Shown: positions 12,855 to 26,694 of the stretch, in pieces
How positions within the stretch are numbered: the first letter of the stretch is position 1
How the letters are laid out: each line of letters begins with the position of its first letter
DNA from: Mobula hypostoma
Lineage: Eukaryota
Length of the DNA stretch: 64,000 nucleotides
Reading direction: 5' to 3'
Assembly: GCF_963921235.1 (NCBI RefSeq)
Contig: NC_086097.1
Coordinates: forward strand, 49,354,001 to 49,418,000
Position numbers and translations under genes: made by a program
The notes under the pieces: model-generated
Database searches by the model: none
What the model was told of the DNA's origin: nothing
Seen by the model: the letters and a program-made list of their open reading frames with translations, nothing else

Positions 12855-14235
12855 GACCTCCAACATTACATCCTTGCTTTTATATTCTTGGCCTCTTGAA
12901 ATGAATGCTAACATCACATTTGCCTTCCTCACCACAGACTCAACCTAGAAATTAACCTTTAGGGAATTCAGCACAGGAATTCTCAAGTCTCTTTGTGCCT
13001 CAGCACAAAGTATTTTCTCTCAATTTAGAAAATAGTCAACCCTATCATTTCTTCTACCAAAGAGCTCGACCATACACTTCCCAACACTGTATTCCATTGG
13101 CTATTTCTTTGTCCATTCTCCTAATCTAAGTCCTTCTGTATCCTCCCTAATGCCACAAAAATACTTGCCCCTCCACCTATCTTTGTAATGCCTGCAAACT
13201 TTGCAACGAAGCCATCAATTCCATCATCCAAATCACTAACATAAAACATAAAAAGAATCAGTCACACCACAGACCCCTGTGGAACATCACTAGTCACCAG
13301 CAGCTAACCAGAAAAGGCTCCCTTTATTCCTACTCTTTGCCTCCTGCCAATCAGCCACTGGCTGATCCATGCCAGAATCTTTCCTGTAACAACACATGCA
13401 CGTAGCTTGTAAAGCAGCCTCATGTGTGGCACCTCGTCAAAGGCCTTCTGAAAATCCAAGTACACAACATCAACCAGTTCTCCTTTGTCTATCCTGCTTG
13501 TTATTTCTTCAAAGAATTTCAACAGATTTGTCGGGCGAGATTTGCCCTCAAGGAAACCATGCTGACTATAGTCTATTTTATCACGTACCTTCAAGTACCC
13601 TGAGACCTCATCTTTAATAATCGATTCCAAAATCTTCCCAACTACTGAGGTCAGACTAACTTCTTTTCCTTTCTTCTGCTGCGCTCCCTTCTTGAAGAGT
13701 GGAGTGGCATTTGCAATTTTCCAGTCTTCCAGAACCATTCCTGAATCTAGTGATTCTAGAAAGATCATTACTAATGCCTGGACAATCTCTTCAGCCATCT
13801 CCTTCAGACCCCTACGGTGTACACCATCTGGTCCAGGTGATGTATCTACCTTCAGATCTTTCAGTTTCCCAAGTACTTTCCCTCTAGTAATGGGAACTTC
13901 ACACACATCATGACCATTGACAGATGGAACTTCCACCAAACTGCTAGTGCCTTCCACAGTGAAAACTGATGCAAAATATTCATTCAGTTGTCTGCTATTT
14001 CATTGTCCCCGATTACTATCTCTCCAGCATCGTTTTCCAATGGTTCAATAACCACTTTCACCTCTCATTTATACTTTATGTATCTGAAGAAACTTTTGAT
14101 ATCCTCTTTAACTTTCATACTTACTTTCATACTCCATCTGTACTTTCTTCATGAAGTTGCCTTCTGCTGGTTTTTAAAAGCTTCCCAATCTTCTAACCTC
14201 CCACTAATTTTTGCTCTGTTATATGCCCTCTCTTT
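12855..14235 (-). mobile_element. CR1 LINE ORF2 reverse transcriptase fragment
   Basis: The 217-aa ORF at 13304-13957 has SPGPDGVH, DWKIANATPLFKKG, SLTSVVGKILESII, QHGF and VDVVYLDFQKAFD. PQGS and FAGIT (degenerate FADDT) follow. Confidence 0.9.
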
Positions 14236-14659
14236 GGTTTACAATCATGGATACATTTTTTATTTTAATTCTCCAAAGAATTCTGGGAAGAACAACTGTC
14301 AAAATCTTCTTTATGGGGTGTTGCCAATAAATTAATGTCTGAAATCTGCCTACGCATCTAAAAATGCAGAAGATTGGCATAAAATAAACTCTTTACCCCT
14401 GCTGCCTATCTTTATGCATGATAAAACAACTGAAAAACTTCCAGATTAATTTGAATGATGGCCTGCATGTTACTACTAGATTAAACTGAAGCTCCCTATG
14501 GTCGGTAATTATATTTTTCCTGAGGTAATTAGATACAGAACTGCCTTATAGAATTCTAGCAGAATGCCAACAATCTCTATATATACCATATGTCTAGTAC
14601 AGGAAAATATTCCAAGGCGCTTGGCAGGAGTTAACGATGAAGATTCTGTGCAGAAAGTA

Positions 14660-15410
14660 CACAATAGTGAAAGCTGTTAAGTTGTCCACTTTTGCAGGAA
14701 AAATAATAGAACTTTAGAAGAATAGTATTTTTAAATGATGTAAGATTGAGTGGTGAGAAATGGTGTTCTGGGGGTCTTGGGTGTCCTCATACATCAATTA
14801 GTGCAATTTAACATGCAGCAAAGCAGGCAATTAGAGTTGTATTCTACTTTAAATTGCCTGAGTTTAAGAATATAAGAATGCACATAAAATTGGAAAATTG
14901 AGCCACACAGCACAGGAACAGACCCTTCACCCCAAACGGATATACCAAGTAAATTAAGCTTATGATGCCTAATGAAACTAAACGCTTCTGCCTGCACAGA
15001 CGCTATATCTCTACATACTTTGTGCGTTCATGTAAAATGTCTTACAAGTGAGGCAGCAGCTAGAATACTGTGTAGGAATTTTGGCTCTCCACCTCTGGAA
15101 AGATCAATTGCAACAGAAGTTGTGTAACAAAGGGAAGTTAAATAGACTATTCAGTAGACCAAGAAGTGATTTCACTAAAACATACAAAATTTTTAAGGAG
15201 CTAAACGAAAAGAGTTTCACTGGGCATCAGTTTCAAAATAAGGGGACAGTCAGCCATTCTCACTGAAACGAGATTTCTTCATGGGGGGGGGGGCTCTGAA
15301 ATTTTGAAAGCTGTGGAGACTCCCATTTTGTTATATTACATGCAGTGACCAGTGGTCCTTTGGATATTAACAGTGTTAAGGAAAACGGGCTTCACATGGT
15401 AATAATACTT
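14660..15410 (+). mobile_element. Highly degraded CR1 3' fragment with a nested SINE-like piece
   Basis: Remnants VVHF, QLEYCV and SDFTKTYKI. Confidence 0.5.
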
Positions 15411-17269
15411 ATGGTGACAAAGCTGAATGGAGGTGTTAAATGGTCCACTGCTTTTTTGCCTTATGTTCTTCCCAAACAAAAATAAAAGATGCCATGCTTC
15501 AAGAGAGGAGCTACCAAGACTGAACAATAACAGTTGAGCCAAAGAAGGAGGTTTTAATCCAATACTAAAGGAGAAAGGGAGAGCAAGGAGAGGCTTAGAG
15601 AGATCACCGATGGTGCAACCATTATATCTGGATCCACAGTTGAAGGGCTAGACATTTGGTCACACAACTTAGATTCCACAGTGTGCTATTGAAAATCATC
15701 TTAATACATTTGATGCCTTAGCAGTTATCAAAGTAATTCAATTCCATTTTAGTGTTACTTTCATTCTTCTTATCACCTATTTTCTGAAGTAAAACCTCTC
15801 CAGCTGACATCATTTCTTTCATAAACACCAATATAGTGACCTTAAAAATAAGGTAAAACTATTTCTAGCCCCTGTATTTAACTTTATTATCATCATTATA
15901 GGTTTACCACAGAGGAGATGAGGTGAGAAAAATAGCTCTTTGGTATCTGGAATTTAGCACCAGTTCATTTTAGGTATGGCTATAGCTTCTCTTCAATAAG
16001 GTGTTCCTGCAGAGCCACAAAATGAATAATTCATCACCTCTGTTAAGCTCCCTCCATGTAATATCTTCATGAAATGTCTTTCCAGGCACCTGTCACATGC
16101 CCAGATGTAGCTTTAATTGGCTCACTTCTCCCCTGCTCCAGCTGTTTTCCATCATCTGCCCAGTATTCTAGGCAGGAAATGGATCAGCTGTCATGACATT
16201 ATGGCTCATTTTAGATAAGACTGGAACTGTGCATAACTTCTTGTAGAAGGGGTGAATTTGGATTGCTGCAGGAACATAACACCAACATTTTCCAGTCACC
16301 TGATTACAGGGTGAATCTTTCACCCTATCCATCTCAGGGCCCTACAACTACATGTACACTATGGAACTCCTTCTGCCTTATTTCTTGAAACAGCCCCTCC
16401 AAAGATGTCTCTGATCTCTGCTATCTCTAACTTTTGGCCTCTTTACCCTCTTGCAGACCATGAAGACTTGCAGTATCTACGATTTCCAAACTCCAAAAGA
16501 ATTTGTTATTTACCTCAGAAAAAACATCATGATGCCCAACAAATTAAGATCTTCTGTTGCATAGCTGGAGCCCACACATCTGTACAGCTTGGTGGCAGGA
16601 ATTCTGTGATCTTGGTTTTTTTAGAAGAATCGTTCAAACAATCCGGCCTCAACTGTAAGCAGGATCTTGGATTCAGCTGACACTTACTTTTTACCAGCAT
16701 AATATTATTACTGCATTGTCCAACGTCCTGACATCCACCAATTACTTGCAAGTAACAGACAGGTTATTATTAATTGTATGATTATGGACTTGTTATGAAA
16801 CTTGCATTGAAGCGAAGCCAAAGTCAAAAGGAAATGAGTAACTCCAATACATAGTTATTTTCAAAAAGCCTCAATACATTCATTGTAGCAGGCTGGCTAT
16901 CAGAGCAGTGTCTCACTTCATCACTTCACACTCCTACACATTTGCTAAAAACTTATTAGTGCATGAAGAAATATCCAGACAGTTTTACACAAACAGGTCT
17001 ATCCCTTACTGCATTCCTAGTCTGCAGAGTATCTCACCAGTCAGGCAAATACCAAGATTTACAGACACTGAAACATAATTTGGCATAACAAGGGCAGGTA
17101 TCTTGCTGACAGACCAGCTTCAATATACATCTTTAATGGAGGAAGTTTGGATTCATGCAGAAAACGTGTAGGAATATGGTTATACATCATTAGGAGTTTG
17201 AGGAGATTTGTATGTCAACAAAGACTCTACCGATATATAATGGAGAGCACTCTGATTGATATGGAGCCT

Positions 17270-17805
17270 CCCTTTCTTATTTTGACATGTCAGTCCATGG
17301 CCTCCTCTACTGCCACAATGATATCACTCTCAGGTTGGAGGAGCAATACCTCCATTCCCGTCTGGGTAGCCTCCAACCTGCCAGCATGATCATTGATTTC
17401 TCTAACTTCTGGTCATTTCTCCTCCCCCCACTTCTCCCTTCTCCGTTTTCCAATTTTGCCTCCCCTCCTACCCATTCTCTTCTCCTCACCTGTCTGTCAA
17501 CTTCTTCTGGTGCGCTTTACCTTTTAAAGCTACCACCTCTCAGCTTCTCATTTCCTCCCCCGCCACCCATCTACCTTCCCTCTCACCTGTTACAGCTATC
17601 ACCGACCAGCTTGTACTCCTCCCCCTTTCCCCCCACCTTCTTATTCTGGCCTCCTCCCTTTTCTTCTCCACTCCTGATGAAGAGTCTCAGCCTGAGATGT
17701 CGACTATTTGTTCCTCTCCATGGACGCTGCCTGACTCACTGAGTTCCTCCAGAATTTTGCGTGTGCTGCTCTGGATTTCCAGCATTTGCAGAATCTCTTG
17801 TGTTG
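17270..17805 (+). mobile_element. Penelope-like 3' fragment (GIY-YIG C-terminus plus pseudo-LTR)
   Basis: Reads MSVHGLLYCHNDITLRLEEQYLHSRLGSLQP, followed by a pyrimidine-rich tract, a CTGATGAAG motif and the terminal GGATTTCCAGCATTTGCAG. Confidence 0.8.
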
Positions 17806-18603
17806 CTGAGAATGCATCAATGTTCGCCTTGGCCTTCACTTCTCCATATTCTCTGGGCGAGTTGTTGACTTAAGGGTTTATGACCATTTCACTCAATCCC
17901 AGCCATGTGAAATGTACAATTAAGAGATGTACCTGCCACTGGTAGGTTGGTAAGAACAAGGTTAAGCAGGTTCATCCCCAAGTAGGTCTACTCACAACTT
18001 GTTGTAAACCCTGTCTATCAGCTGTATTCTTTGGGTCTCACCAAGCTCTGTCTGTGATGGTGCTACCAAGCTGCTCTTGGTGAAGCAGACTGAAGTACTT
18101 TCTGTGTCATTGCTATTTTTAGTACTTCTTCCAAGTGTTGTTCAACATAGAGGAGCACTGGCTCATCAACTGAAGGAGGACAGAGATCAGTAATTCGGAA
18201 GACATTTCCTTGTCATGTTTTATCTGATACCGCGTAACAATGTCGAGTACTCGAAGGACCATTTCATTCTATCTTTATATCACTGTGCTGCTAGGTCTAG
18301 GGACCTGTCCTACCAGTACGACTGGATTAACCACACATTGTGGTGGAGGAATCTAGCACATTATGACAGGCTCCTTGATTATGTCTAAATTCCATGCAAA
18401 GGTTTATGTCAAGTGTCAGTCCAGTTTTATTCCTTCAGTACAGTGGTATTTATGCAACCAAGAGTCAACTACAAGAGATGGGTCTGGAGTCACATATAGA
18501 CCAGATCAAGTGAGGAAAACTGGTTTCCTCCTCTTTTAAAGAAACCAATAAACCAGGTGAGCCCAAGCCTCAGAATTATGAATCAATTACCCTGCTACAA
18601 TCT

Positions 18604-19408
18604 TTTTCAATCTTTTTTATTGAGTTTCAAATTGATAAACATAACAATGATAATAATACAAAGAGATCAGGATTACATTAATAATGGTTAACGTATACAG
18701 ACACAGACTCCAAGTAACATATTTAATTTAAACCTCCCAATCTCTTAATAGCTGAACATGAAAAGGATTCCAAAAAAAAGTTTTTACCCCCTACACTAAA
18801 AATAAACAAAACAAAACAAAGACTGGGCTGCCATATTTCATCGTTTAAGATCATTATTTGCCATTAACTCCGCTCCGCTATACACAAACAAAAAGTTATT
18901 AAAAAGGATTCAGAAAAGGTCAGCTTCCATCATGTGAAAATGTTGAACAAATGGCCTCCATGTTTCTTCAAATTTAACCGAAGGATCAGTGGTACCACTC
19001 CTAATTTTTTCCAAGTTTAAGCATGTTAAAGTTTGGGAAAACCATTGAAATGTAGTAGGGGGATTAGAATCCTTCCATTTAAATAAAATGGATCTTCTGG
19101 CTATTAATGTAACAAATGCAATCAAACGACAAGCTGAAGGGGATAAATGACTAAAGTCTATCACTGGTAATCCAAAAATTGCAGTAATAGGATGAGGCTG
19201 TAAATCAATACGCAAAACTACTGAAATAATACCAAAAATGTCTTTCCAATATTTTTCCAAAAGAGGTCAAGACCAGAACATATATGTCAAGGAAGCTACC
19301 TCAGAATTACATCTGTCACAGACAGGATTCATATGACGATAAAAACAAGCTAACTTATCCTTAGACATATGGGCCCTATGACCCACCTTAAATTGTATCA
19401 AAGCGTGT
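18604..19408 (-). mobile_element. 5'-truncated L1-clade LINE with TSD
   Basis: Reads IQFKVGHRAHMSKDKL...CDRCNSEVASLTYMFWS*PLLEKYWKDIF...ARRSILFKWK (Cys-rich ORF2 C-terminus), then AATAAA and an A-rich tail. 14-bp TSD CCCTGCT(A/G)CAATCT at 18590-18603 and 19409-19422. Confidence 0.85.
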
Positions 19409-20056
19409 CCCTGCTGCAATCTAATCTTTCCCTCTGACCATGCAAGGGCAACCTCCTGTGACCTGCAGGTACATTCATTAGATAAGTAGACCTGGCAACA
19501 CTGGGACCTGAATTAAGTTTGAACCCGATGTGACTCCTCTGTCTAGCTCACCAATTTGCAGGAAGAAATCAAGGAAGTTTATTTCCAGAAGTTATTTAAC
19601 TCTTAAAGACCATGAGTAGAAATGATGCTCTATACCCCACTTTGGATTCCCTATTCTGGGTTCTCCCACCCATCCAACTTTCTAGCCACTGGAGAAATAC
19701 TGTACCCATTCTCCTGTAAAGGCCATAAGGCTCTTCTGCCAGTTTTGACTGATGACTAAAAGAACAAATGAGATTCAGCAATTACAATGTCTCCAGCTGA
19801 AAATGGGAAGTAGGCAATTTCTCAGCACAGTTCCATTCCCACCATGAAGTTCAATTGCAGACTTGAGGGAATGAGGAAGTATCAGATTTGGTGCTCAGCA
19901 GACTCTTGTCCAGTTCAGAAATAAGCACATGGTATGCATTTCCTTTCTGGAAGGCTGGGAGCACTGTCTACTGGCTAGAGTTGCTCAGAACCAGAGGGAT
20001 AGCCAACTTCAAAGTAATTTTTAATCCTGTATTCCTTCGAACATAGGCCATGTTAT

Positions 20057-21690
20057 AGAATAGTATAGCAGAGAAACAAGCCCTTTGGTCGACAATGTTG
20101 TGCTGAAACCTACCTAAACTAATCCCTACACAATGTCCATATCTGCATATCCGTGTGGGTCATGGTCCGGTCCGTGAAGTCCACATTCCGGTTCACAGTC
20201 CAGTCCGTGGACTCAGGACTCCGGGTCTTCCAGCTGTCCCTTGTTTGAGTTAATCATAGGCACTGATTCCCATCTTTGGGCTTGCAATATAAGTAGCCTT
20301 GGGATTACGTATAGGCTGCTGGTTTGTCTTGTTAGTCTCTCTTGGAACAATCTGCTGATGGAAGGCTAGTGCAACCATTTGTGATCTCTAGGCCTGGTTG
20401 GAGGACCACTGTTTCATGGAGCCTTGTTACCACTTGTTGGAGTAGTCTTTGCAGTATGGATTTGGCTGATTCCTGAGTCAGCTGAGTGGCTACCAGCCAC
20501 TCTGAACTAGGTAGGGATCCAGCTGTTTCTGTAGCCAGCTGAGGTAGCTGGCTGAACTGAGACTTGGAGCTACCCTGGAGCAAAGATGGAACTATCTGTT
20601 GTTCTTTGGTGTTTGTCTCTTCTTGTCCTTGCCAGGCTGTTTTGCTAATACCCTGTGGGGTGGGGGATGGGGTCCTGTCCTGTCCTTGCCTCTGTGGGGT
20701 AAGTCAGGCTTTTTTGCCATTGCCCTGTGGGGGGACCTGTTGTCCTTGTCCTTGTCCTTGCCTCTGTTGGGTAAGTTTAGCTGTTCTGCTGTTACCTGAT
20801 GGAGAGACTTGTCCCACCTTGGTGTGGAGATGAGGATAAGTCCCGGCTCGTTGGAGGATAAGTCCCGGCTTGTTGTTGATGTTCAGTTCCCAGTCTGTCT
20901 CTCAGTTCCAGTCTCTGAGTTACCAGCTTCCACATTTCAAGATAAAGATTCTGTAGCCAAGCTCCAAGAACCCTAGCCTTGAGGATCGCGCCACCAAGCT
21001 CCAGACCCAGGAACCCTAGCCTCGAGGATCCTGCCGCCAAGCTTGGGCCTCTAGACCGCAGCCACGTCCTGTTCTGAAGCCATGTCATGTCCTTGCTTGG
21101 TTCCGGGGTCCAAGCCCGAGGCAAGACCCAGGTTCTGGGTCCTTGTCCAGTCTCGGGCTTGGAGTCTAAGCCTTGTCTCCTAGTCCATGGTTCCTAGTCC
21201 TGGTCCCGCTTTCCCTCGCCCAAGCCTGCGTTCTTATCCCTGCTCCTTGCCTGAATCCTGTCACATCCCTACCCTAGTCAAGTCCTGTTCCTTGTACTTC
21301 AGTGTCTGCGTCTCGCATTTGGGTCTGTTCTCAGCACCCCACTGACAATGTGCCTGTCTAAAAGCTCCTTAAATGCCCCTATCATATTTTGCCTCCACTT
21401 CCACCCCTTGCAGTGTATTTCAAACACCCACCATTCTCTTATGTAAAACACCTGTCACACTTATCTCTTTTATATTTACCCCTTCTCACCTTAACACCCT
21501 TTGTTACTAGACATTTTGACCCTAGGAAAATGAAACTCTTTTAATCTTATAAACTTCTTTCAGATCTCCCTTCAGCCTCCATCACTCCAGCTTGTCCAAA
21601 CTCTCCTTAAAATAAATGCTATCTAATCCATGCATCATTCAGATAAAACTCTTCTGCACCGTCTCTGAAGCCTCCACATCCCATATAAAT
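20057..21690 (-). mobile_element. CR1 3' fragment split by a solo LTR
   Basis: CR1-type 3' tail at about 20057-20150, resuming at 21348 (ATGTGCCTGTCTAAAAGCTCCTTAAATG). Confidence 0.65.
20158..21347 (+). mobile_element. Solo LTR, family B (longer variant)
   Basis: Both ends match the reverse complement of 1293-2096. It ends in TGACA, with TSD GTGTG/ATGTG (20153-20157 and 21348-21352). TATA-like TATAAG at about 20288. Confidence 0.8.
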
Positions 21691-22044
21691 TTGTTTGGCT
21701 TGGGTAAGTATGTTCGTCTGCTTCCTAAAGGCAAATTGTCATTCTAATACATGATATGCTTACTTGGAAGTCCTCCTCCACTTTCAAAAGCAGCTGGCGT
21801 GAGTTCTGAAAGAACATGCACAACTCGGGTAAGAAACAATGGCAGAGTACAACTGAACAGGAGAAGACTATTTATTAAACATGTATGACATGGTTATGTT
21901 AATGAACACATGGCAATGCAAAACAATAGCATTAAAGATATTGGCAAAGGCATTCCAGAACTTGAGAGATAGGCACTGTTCTAAGTTCACTCTGGTCACC
22001 TTATTGTATTTTGTCATTATGTGGTTTAATTATTAAGCTATACA

Positions 22045-22362
22045 TATTAAGAGGAATAGAGTGGACAGCCAGTGCCTCTTCCCCAGGGCACCACTGCTCA
22101 ATACAAGAGGACATGGCTTTAAGGTGAGGGGTGAGAAGTTCAAGGGGGATATTAGAGGAAGGTTTTTTTACTCAGTGGTTGGTGTGTGGAATGCACTGAC
22201 TGAGTTGCTGTGGAGGCAGATACATTAGTGAAGTTTAAGAGACTACTAGACAGGTGTATGGAGGAATTTAAGGTGGGGGATTAAATGGGAAGCGGGGTTT
22301 AAGGGTCGGCACAAAATTGTGAGCCGAAGGGCCTGTAATGTGTTGTACTATCCTGTTCTGTT
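22045..22362 (+). mobile_element. CR1 3' end
   Basis: Reads TRGHGFKVRGEKFKGDIRGRFF and VWNAL, then a GGGCCTGTAATGTG-type 3' terminus. Confidence 0.8.
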
Positions 22363-23625
22363 ATATTTTAAAAGCAACTTCTTTGTCTCCTCACCAAAGA
22401 TTCGTGAACCCCTGAACACGACTACTTTGTTATTCAACTTTTGTACTACGCATGTAATCTGTAGTAATTTTATGTCTTGTACTCTACTGCTGCTGCAAAA
22501 CAAATTTTACAAAATATGTCAATGATAATAAACCCAATTCTGATTTTTATATAGAGTAAGAAAGGTGAAAATATTAAATGTTTTCCTGATGAAACATTAT
22601 CATAAGGACTTGAAATCAGTTAGAAGTTACTAACAAATTACAGATTATTTGTAATTAAATGATAACAATGGACTGCATCAATGAACATTCAAAGACTAAA
22701 GTCATTTTGACCCCAATCTTCATAAATTGTATTTTAAGTCTGCAGGTCAAGAGTTGTGCTCTACCGCAGTAATATCATAACAGCTTAAAAACACATTGCT
22801 ACAGATTACATGATGGGCATGGTCTCAAGCTTAACTGCTTAGGGATTTTCTTTAATGAAATAAATTCACTATAAGCTCAAACAACAGTATGCCATTTCTC
22901 CTGAACTTGGAAAAATATGATATGGTTGATGTACAGTAAATGCTCTTTGATTTCCTACCATAGAGCTTTTAGTGTCCAAAAAATCGTTTATCCATTCAAT
23001 TCCAGGTAGTTTTACAGCCAAAGCAAAAAAATGCACCTTAAGGAGATACTGTTAGTTTATTTTTTTGCTAGGTAGAGTTGATGCTGTACTGAACCCTACT
23101 TCAGAGAATGCTCATAAGAGGTGTGAGGAAAGACTATACAGGATTTTCAACTCTTTCATGGAACTACCTTTTCAGCAAGAAAACTTCAAAGTTGACTAGT
23201 AATGAAAGCTCCAGATAGGAAGAATTTTTTAATTGTTTTTAATCCTTAGTGCAGCTTCATGTATAAGAGGACAAAGGATTTATTACCTGGCCCCTACAAA
23301 TCTGTTTAAGTGGGTCCAATGAGTGGAACAACAAGCAATTAAAATATAAATAAAAACAGCCATTTCCCAGTCAGAATATTAATAATTTGATTTTTCTAAG
23401 CTAATCTTCCAAATAAATACTGAAAAAGCCTATTTTATCTCTGAACATTTCCAAATTAAGGCAGAGATTTTAATATTTATCTTCCAAACTGTACCCCAAG
23501 ACTAAATAAAAATGCTATTAACTGCCTGCCCCTCCACATGTCATGCTTGACACAAAATTCTTATTTTCTAGAACAAGCCACAATTTTCTGGCTGATTCTC
23601 ACCTTTATCTCTTTCTATTGAACTA

Positions 23626-24257
23626 TCAACTATAGTTCAAGGAGGAGGGAGGAGAAAGTGGCAGTGCAACGCAGCGTGCGTAGCCTCTCCGGTGAAATGA
23701 CATCATATCTGTTAAATAGGGTACTGTGCACAATTCTGATTTGATGGAGACAGCCGTGAGAGCACGGAGGAACATCTGGAGTAACTTCTGAAATGCCCAG
23801 TTCGCTGCCGCTGCTACTGCGCGATCAAGAATCTCTGGAGGGAAGGCCCCAAAATCCACGGCTTTGCCTGCTGCTGGCGACTGGCTGGGGTCGAAGTGTT
23901 TGGCAGAGATGGTGCTCAGTGTCAGAGGGCTGGTTGGAGCTCGAAGTTTTCGGACGACTCAGAGTTGGACTGTGGTCGGGTATGGCAGGGAGAGTTTTCT
24001 TCCTTCTCCTGTCTGCGTGAGATGTGGGACTTTCAAGAGACTTTGAACTTTTTTTTTACTGTGCTCACAGCCTCTTCATCAAGTTACGGTATTGCTTGCA
24101 CTGTTGTAACTATATGTTATAATTATGTGGTTTTTGTCAGTTTTTCAGTCTTTATCTGTCCTGTGATATCACACTGGAGGAATATTGTATTATTTCTTAA
24201 TGCATGCATTACTAAATGACAATAAGAGGACTGCGTGTCCTCATAATCTAATCTAAT
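23626..24257 (+). repeat. CpG-rich interspersed repeat with an (AATCT)n tail, probably a LINE 3' UTR or SINE
   Basis: Abrupt CpG-rich block within AT-rich DNA, ending ATAATCTAATCTAAT. Family not identified. Confidence 0.5.
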
Positions 24258-26694
24258 TTCATTTCTGTAAGGATGAGAATTCAAGTGGTTTTGCAACTCA
24301 AAATCATCTTGGGAAAGAAATGGTAAGAGATAGAAAGCAAAAGGAAAGTAATGCATACAGGCAAACACTTGCATAGGTATCAACCAAGTATTTGCATAGC
24401 AAAATCTTTATCATTTGTAGCTGCCAGTGGCAGCCTTCTTAAAAACATATTTCTGTTTGCCCAGTTCTTCCAACATTCATAAAGAAGGTAATTGTTCAGC
24501 TCACACATCAGTAATCCCAAGCTCTTCCTGCACATGTGCGCTGGGACACTTCTGCTAAATGACTTAGTTTTCAGCTGTTAAAATATTTCTTTTCCTCAAT
24601 GTAAACAGAAATCTGAACACGAATTAGTACTGTTCCCAGAAAGAGTGCTTTCTGTACTGAACAGAAATTATGCAGTCAGGAATGTGTTAATATTTGAAGT
24701 CCCCGGAATTCAACACATTTTGTGAAATACAACACATGAGTGCCGTGTGCCGCATTTGATTGCACTCAAGTATTAAAAATCCCTAAACAAATTTGTTGAA
24801 TTTATCATTTCCAAGCCATTAATTGGAATGGTCATTCAATAATTATTTTATTAAGAAACCAGTAATCTTTCTGAAGAAATGGTAAGTTTCTACACTATTC
24901 TACAGAGAAGTCAGGATATTATTGTTAAGAATGTCATGTGCCCAAAGCTTAGAATGCATGTTTCTCCCAGATATGAAATCAGAGTTTGCAGACTGGCTTC
25001 TGACCAGTTTCAGAGGAATTCACAGCAGATGCTTATGGTGTAAGAAAACTCTGATCAATGGCACAGGGTGGAGGGGAGGAGCATAGTGACTACACCCTTT
25101 ATGAACAAGACTGGTTGAAAAGGAGTACAGCTGTTGCTATATTTGCTGCTCAGACTAATTACCAATACTGCAAAAACAACACAAAGAACTGATAGAAAAA
25201 AGCTAGGTGAAACTTAGTTTTAGTGACTCCTTAAAGAAGATCAAAATCTACATCTGTACAACTGAATTTTACTGGTAAGTAACTTAACTCTGTTATATTC
25301 TAATTCAGAGAAGTTTTAAAAGTAGTTTGACTGGGATTTCTGCCTTGAAGCTCAAATGTATTTAAATGAAATATACATGAAATATGACAAATCTTCCAGT
25401 GCTAAGTTGATTGATACTTTATGTTCTCGTCAGAGAAGCGTCACTATCTCAATATGCATCAATAATTTGCTTTACGGGGTGTGGGGATTTCTGTTTTGTA
25501 TTCACATATAGCAGTTAGTTTCCAGGTAGTTCATTCCACATATGACCATAATATCAAACTTAGTTGTTCTGTGCCATAGCTGTGGCATAGAATCATATAA
25601 GTCCAGAAGCTGAATAGGTTTAATATTCTACTTGAAGGCTCTTATTTCCAACAGCATACCACACCCTATTCAATGAAGTGCCAAACTAGCTTATGTGTGT
25701 CTCCTTCCTAAATCAGAATTAATAATGCTGCAGAAATAGACAGAGTTTACTCAGAATCATTGAAGTTTGCTCCTTACATTACAGGAAAAGAACTAAAGTA
25801 AACTTGCAAGGTTTAAAAGGAATATCATCATACTGTACTCGGTGGATTACATAGTGAAAAAAATGCAGAGGTTTTTGTGACTCCACCCTAGACAAAGGAA
25901 TTATTAATCATTAAAGTCACAGTGAATCTGGTATGACTAAGTGTTCCTACAGCTTTCGCCTACAGTCATCAAGCAGATAGATACAGTACAAACTTTAATT
26001 CAAAGATGTTAGTCAATGACAATTACAACTGCATTTATTTTTGAGTCACTTCCTCTGTTTGACAGCAATGTCCAGTGACTTAGTTAAGAATAGATCTATC
26101 TGCTTAATAATAACTCAGATCTTAAGAAGCAGCTTTCCTGTGACTTGCTTATCCTGGAGAAAGAATGGTTGTCAAACAACATCTCTGACACAAATTACTA
26201 AAGTTGGGACAGCAATAAACTTGTGGAGTGACCACAATACAGTCTGATTAACCCTGAGGGGAATAAGATAAATTGATGATACATCATACTTGGTCAAATT
26301 TTTGAACAACATTGAAGGAAGCCATTTGACTCACCCAGTCTATGTCAGCTCTCAGACCAATCCTGTTCTCCCATTTCTTTCCCTATAACCCATGACACTG
26401 AGAGAACAAAAAAGTTGGGAAAAAGAAAATGTTCTCCTGCCCACGGCTGTGATAAAAGATATAATGCTGACATAGCAGTTCAATTACTGGCTGTGCCACC
26501 TAAAAGTTTGGATTAAAAAGTCAGAGAGACCTGTTCAGATCTCACTATGGCATACATGGATTTTTTAAAAAAGACTTCTGACTGTGGTACAGTTAGTAGA
26601 ACTTCATATCTCTAACAGCCCAGTTTCAATCTTAAACTCCGGCGCTGTGTATGATGAGTATGCACCTCCTTTCTGCCAATCTCTGGGTTTCCCA

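Noticed and set aside
13304..13957. Longest ORF (217 aa) as a host gene
   Set aside because: It is a CR1 reverse transcriptase fragment with deletions and stops on either side.
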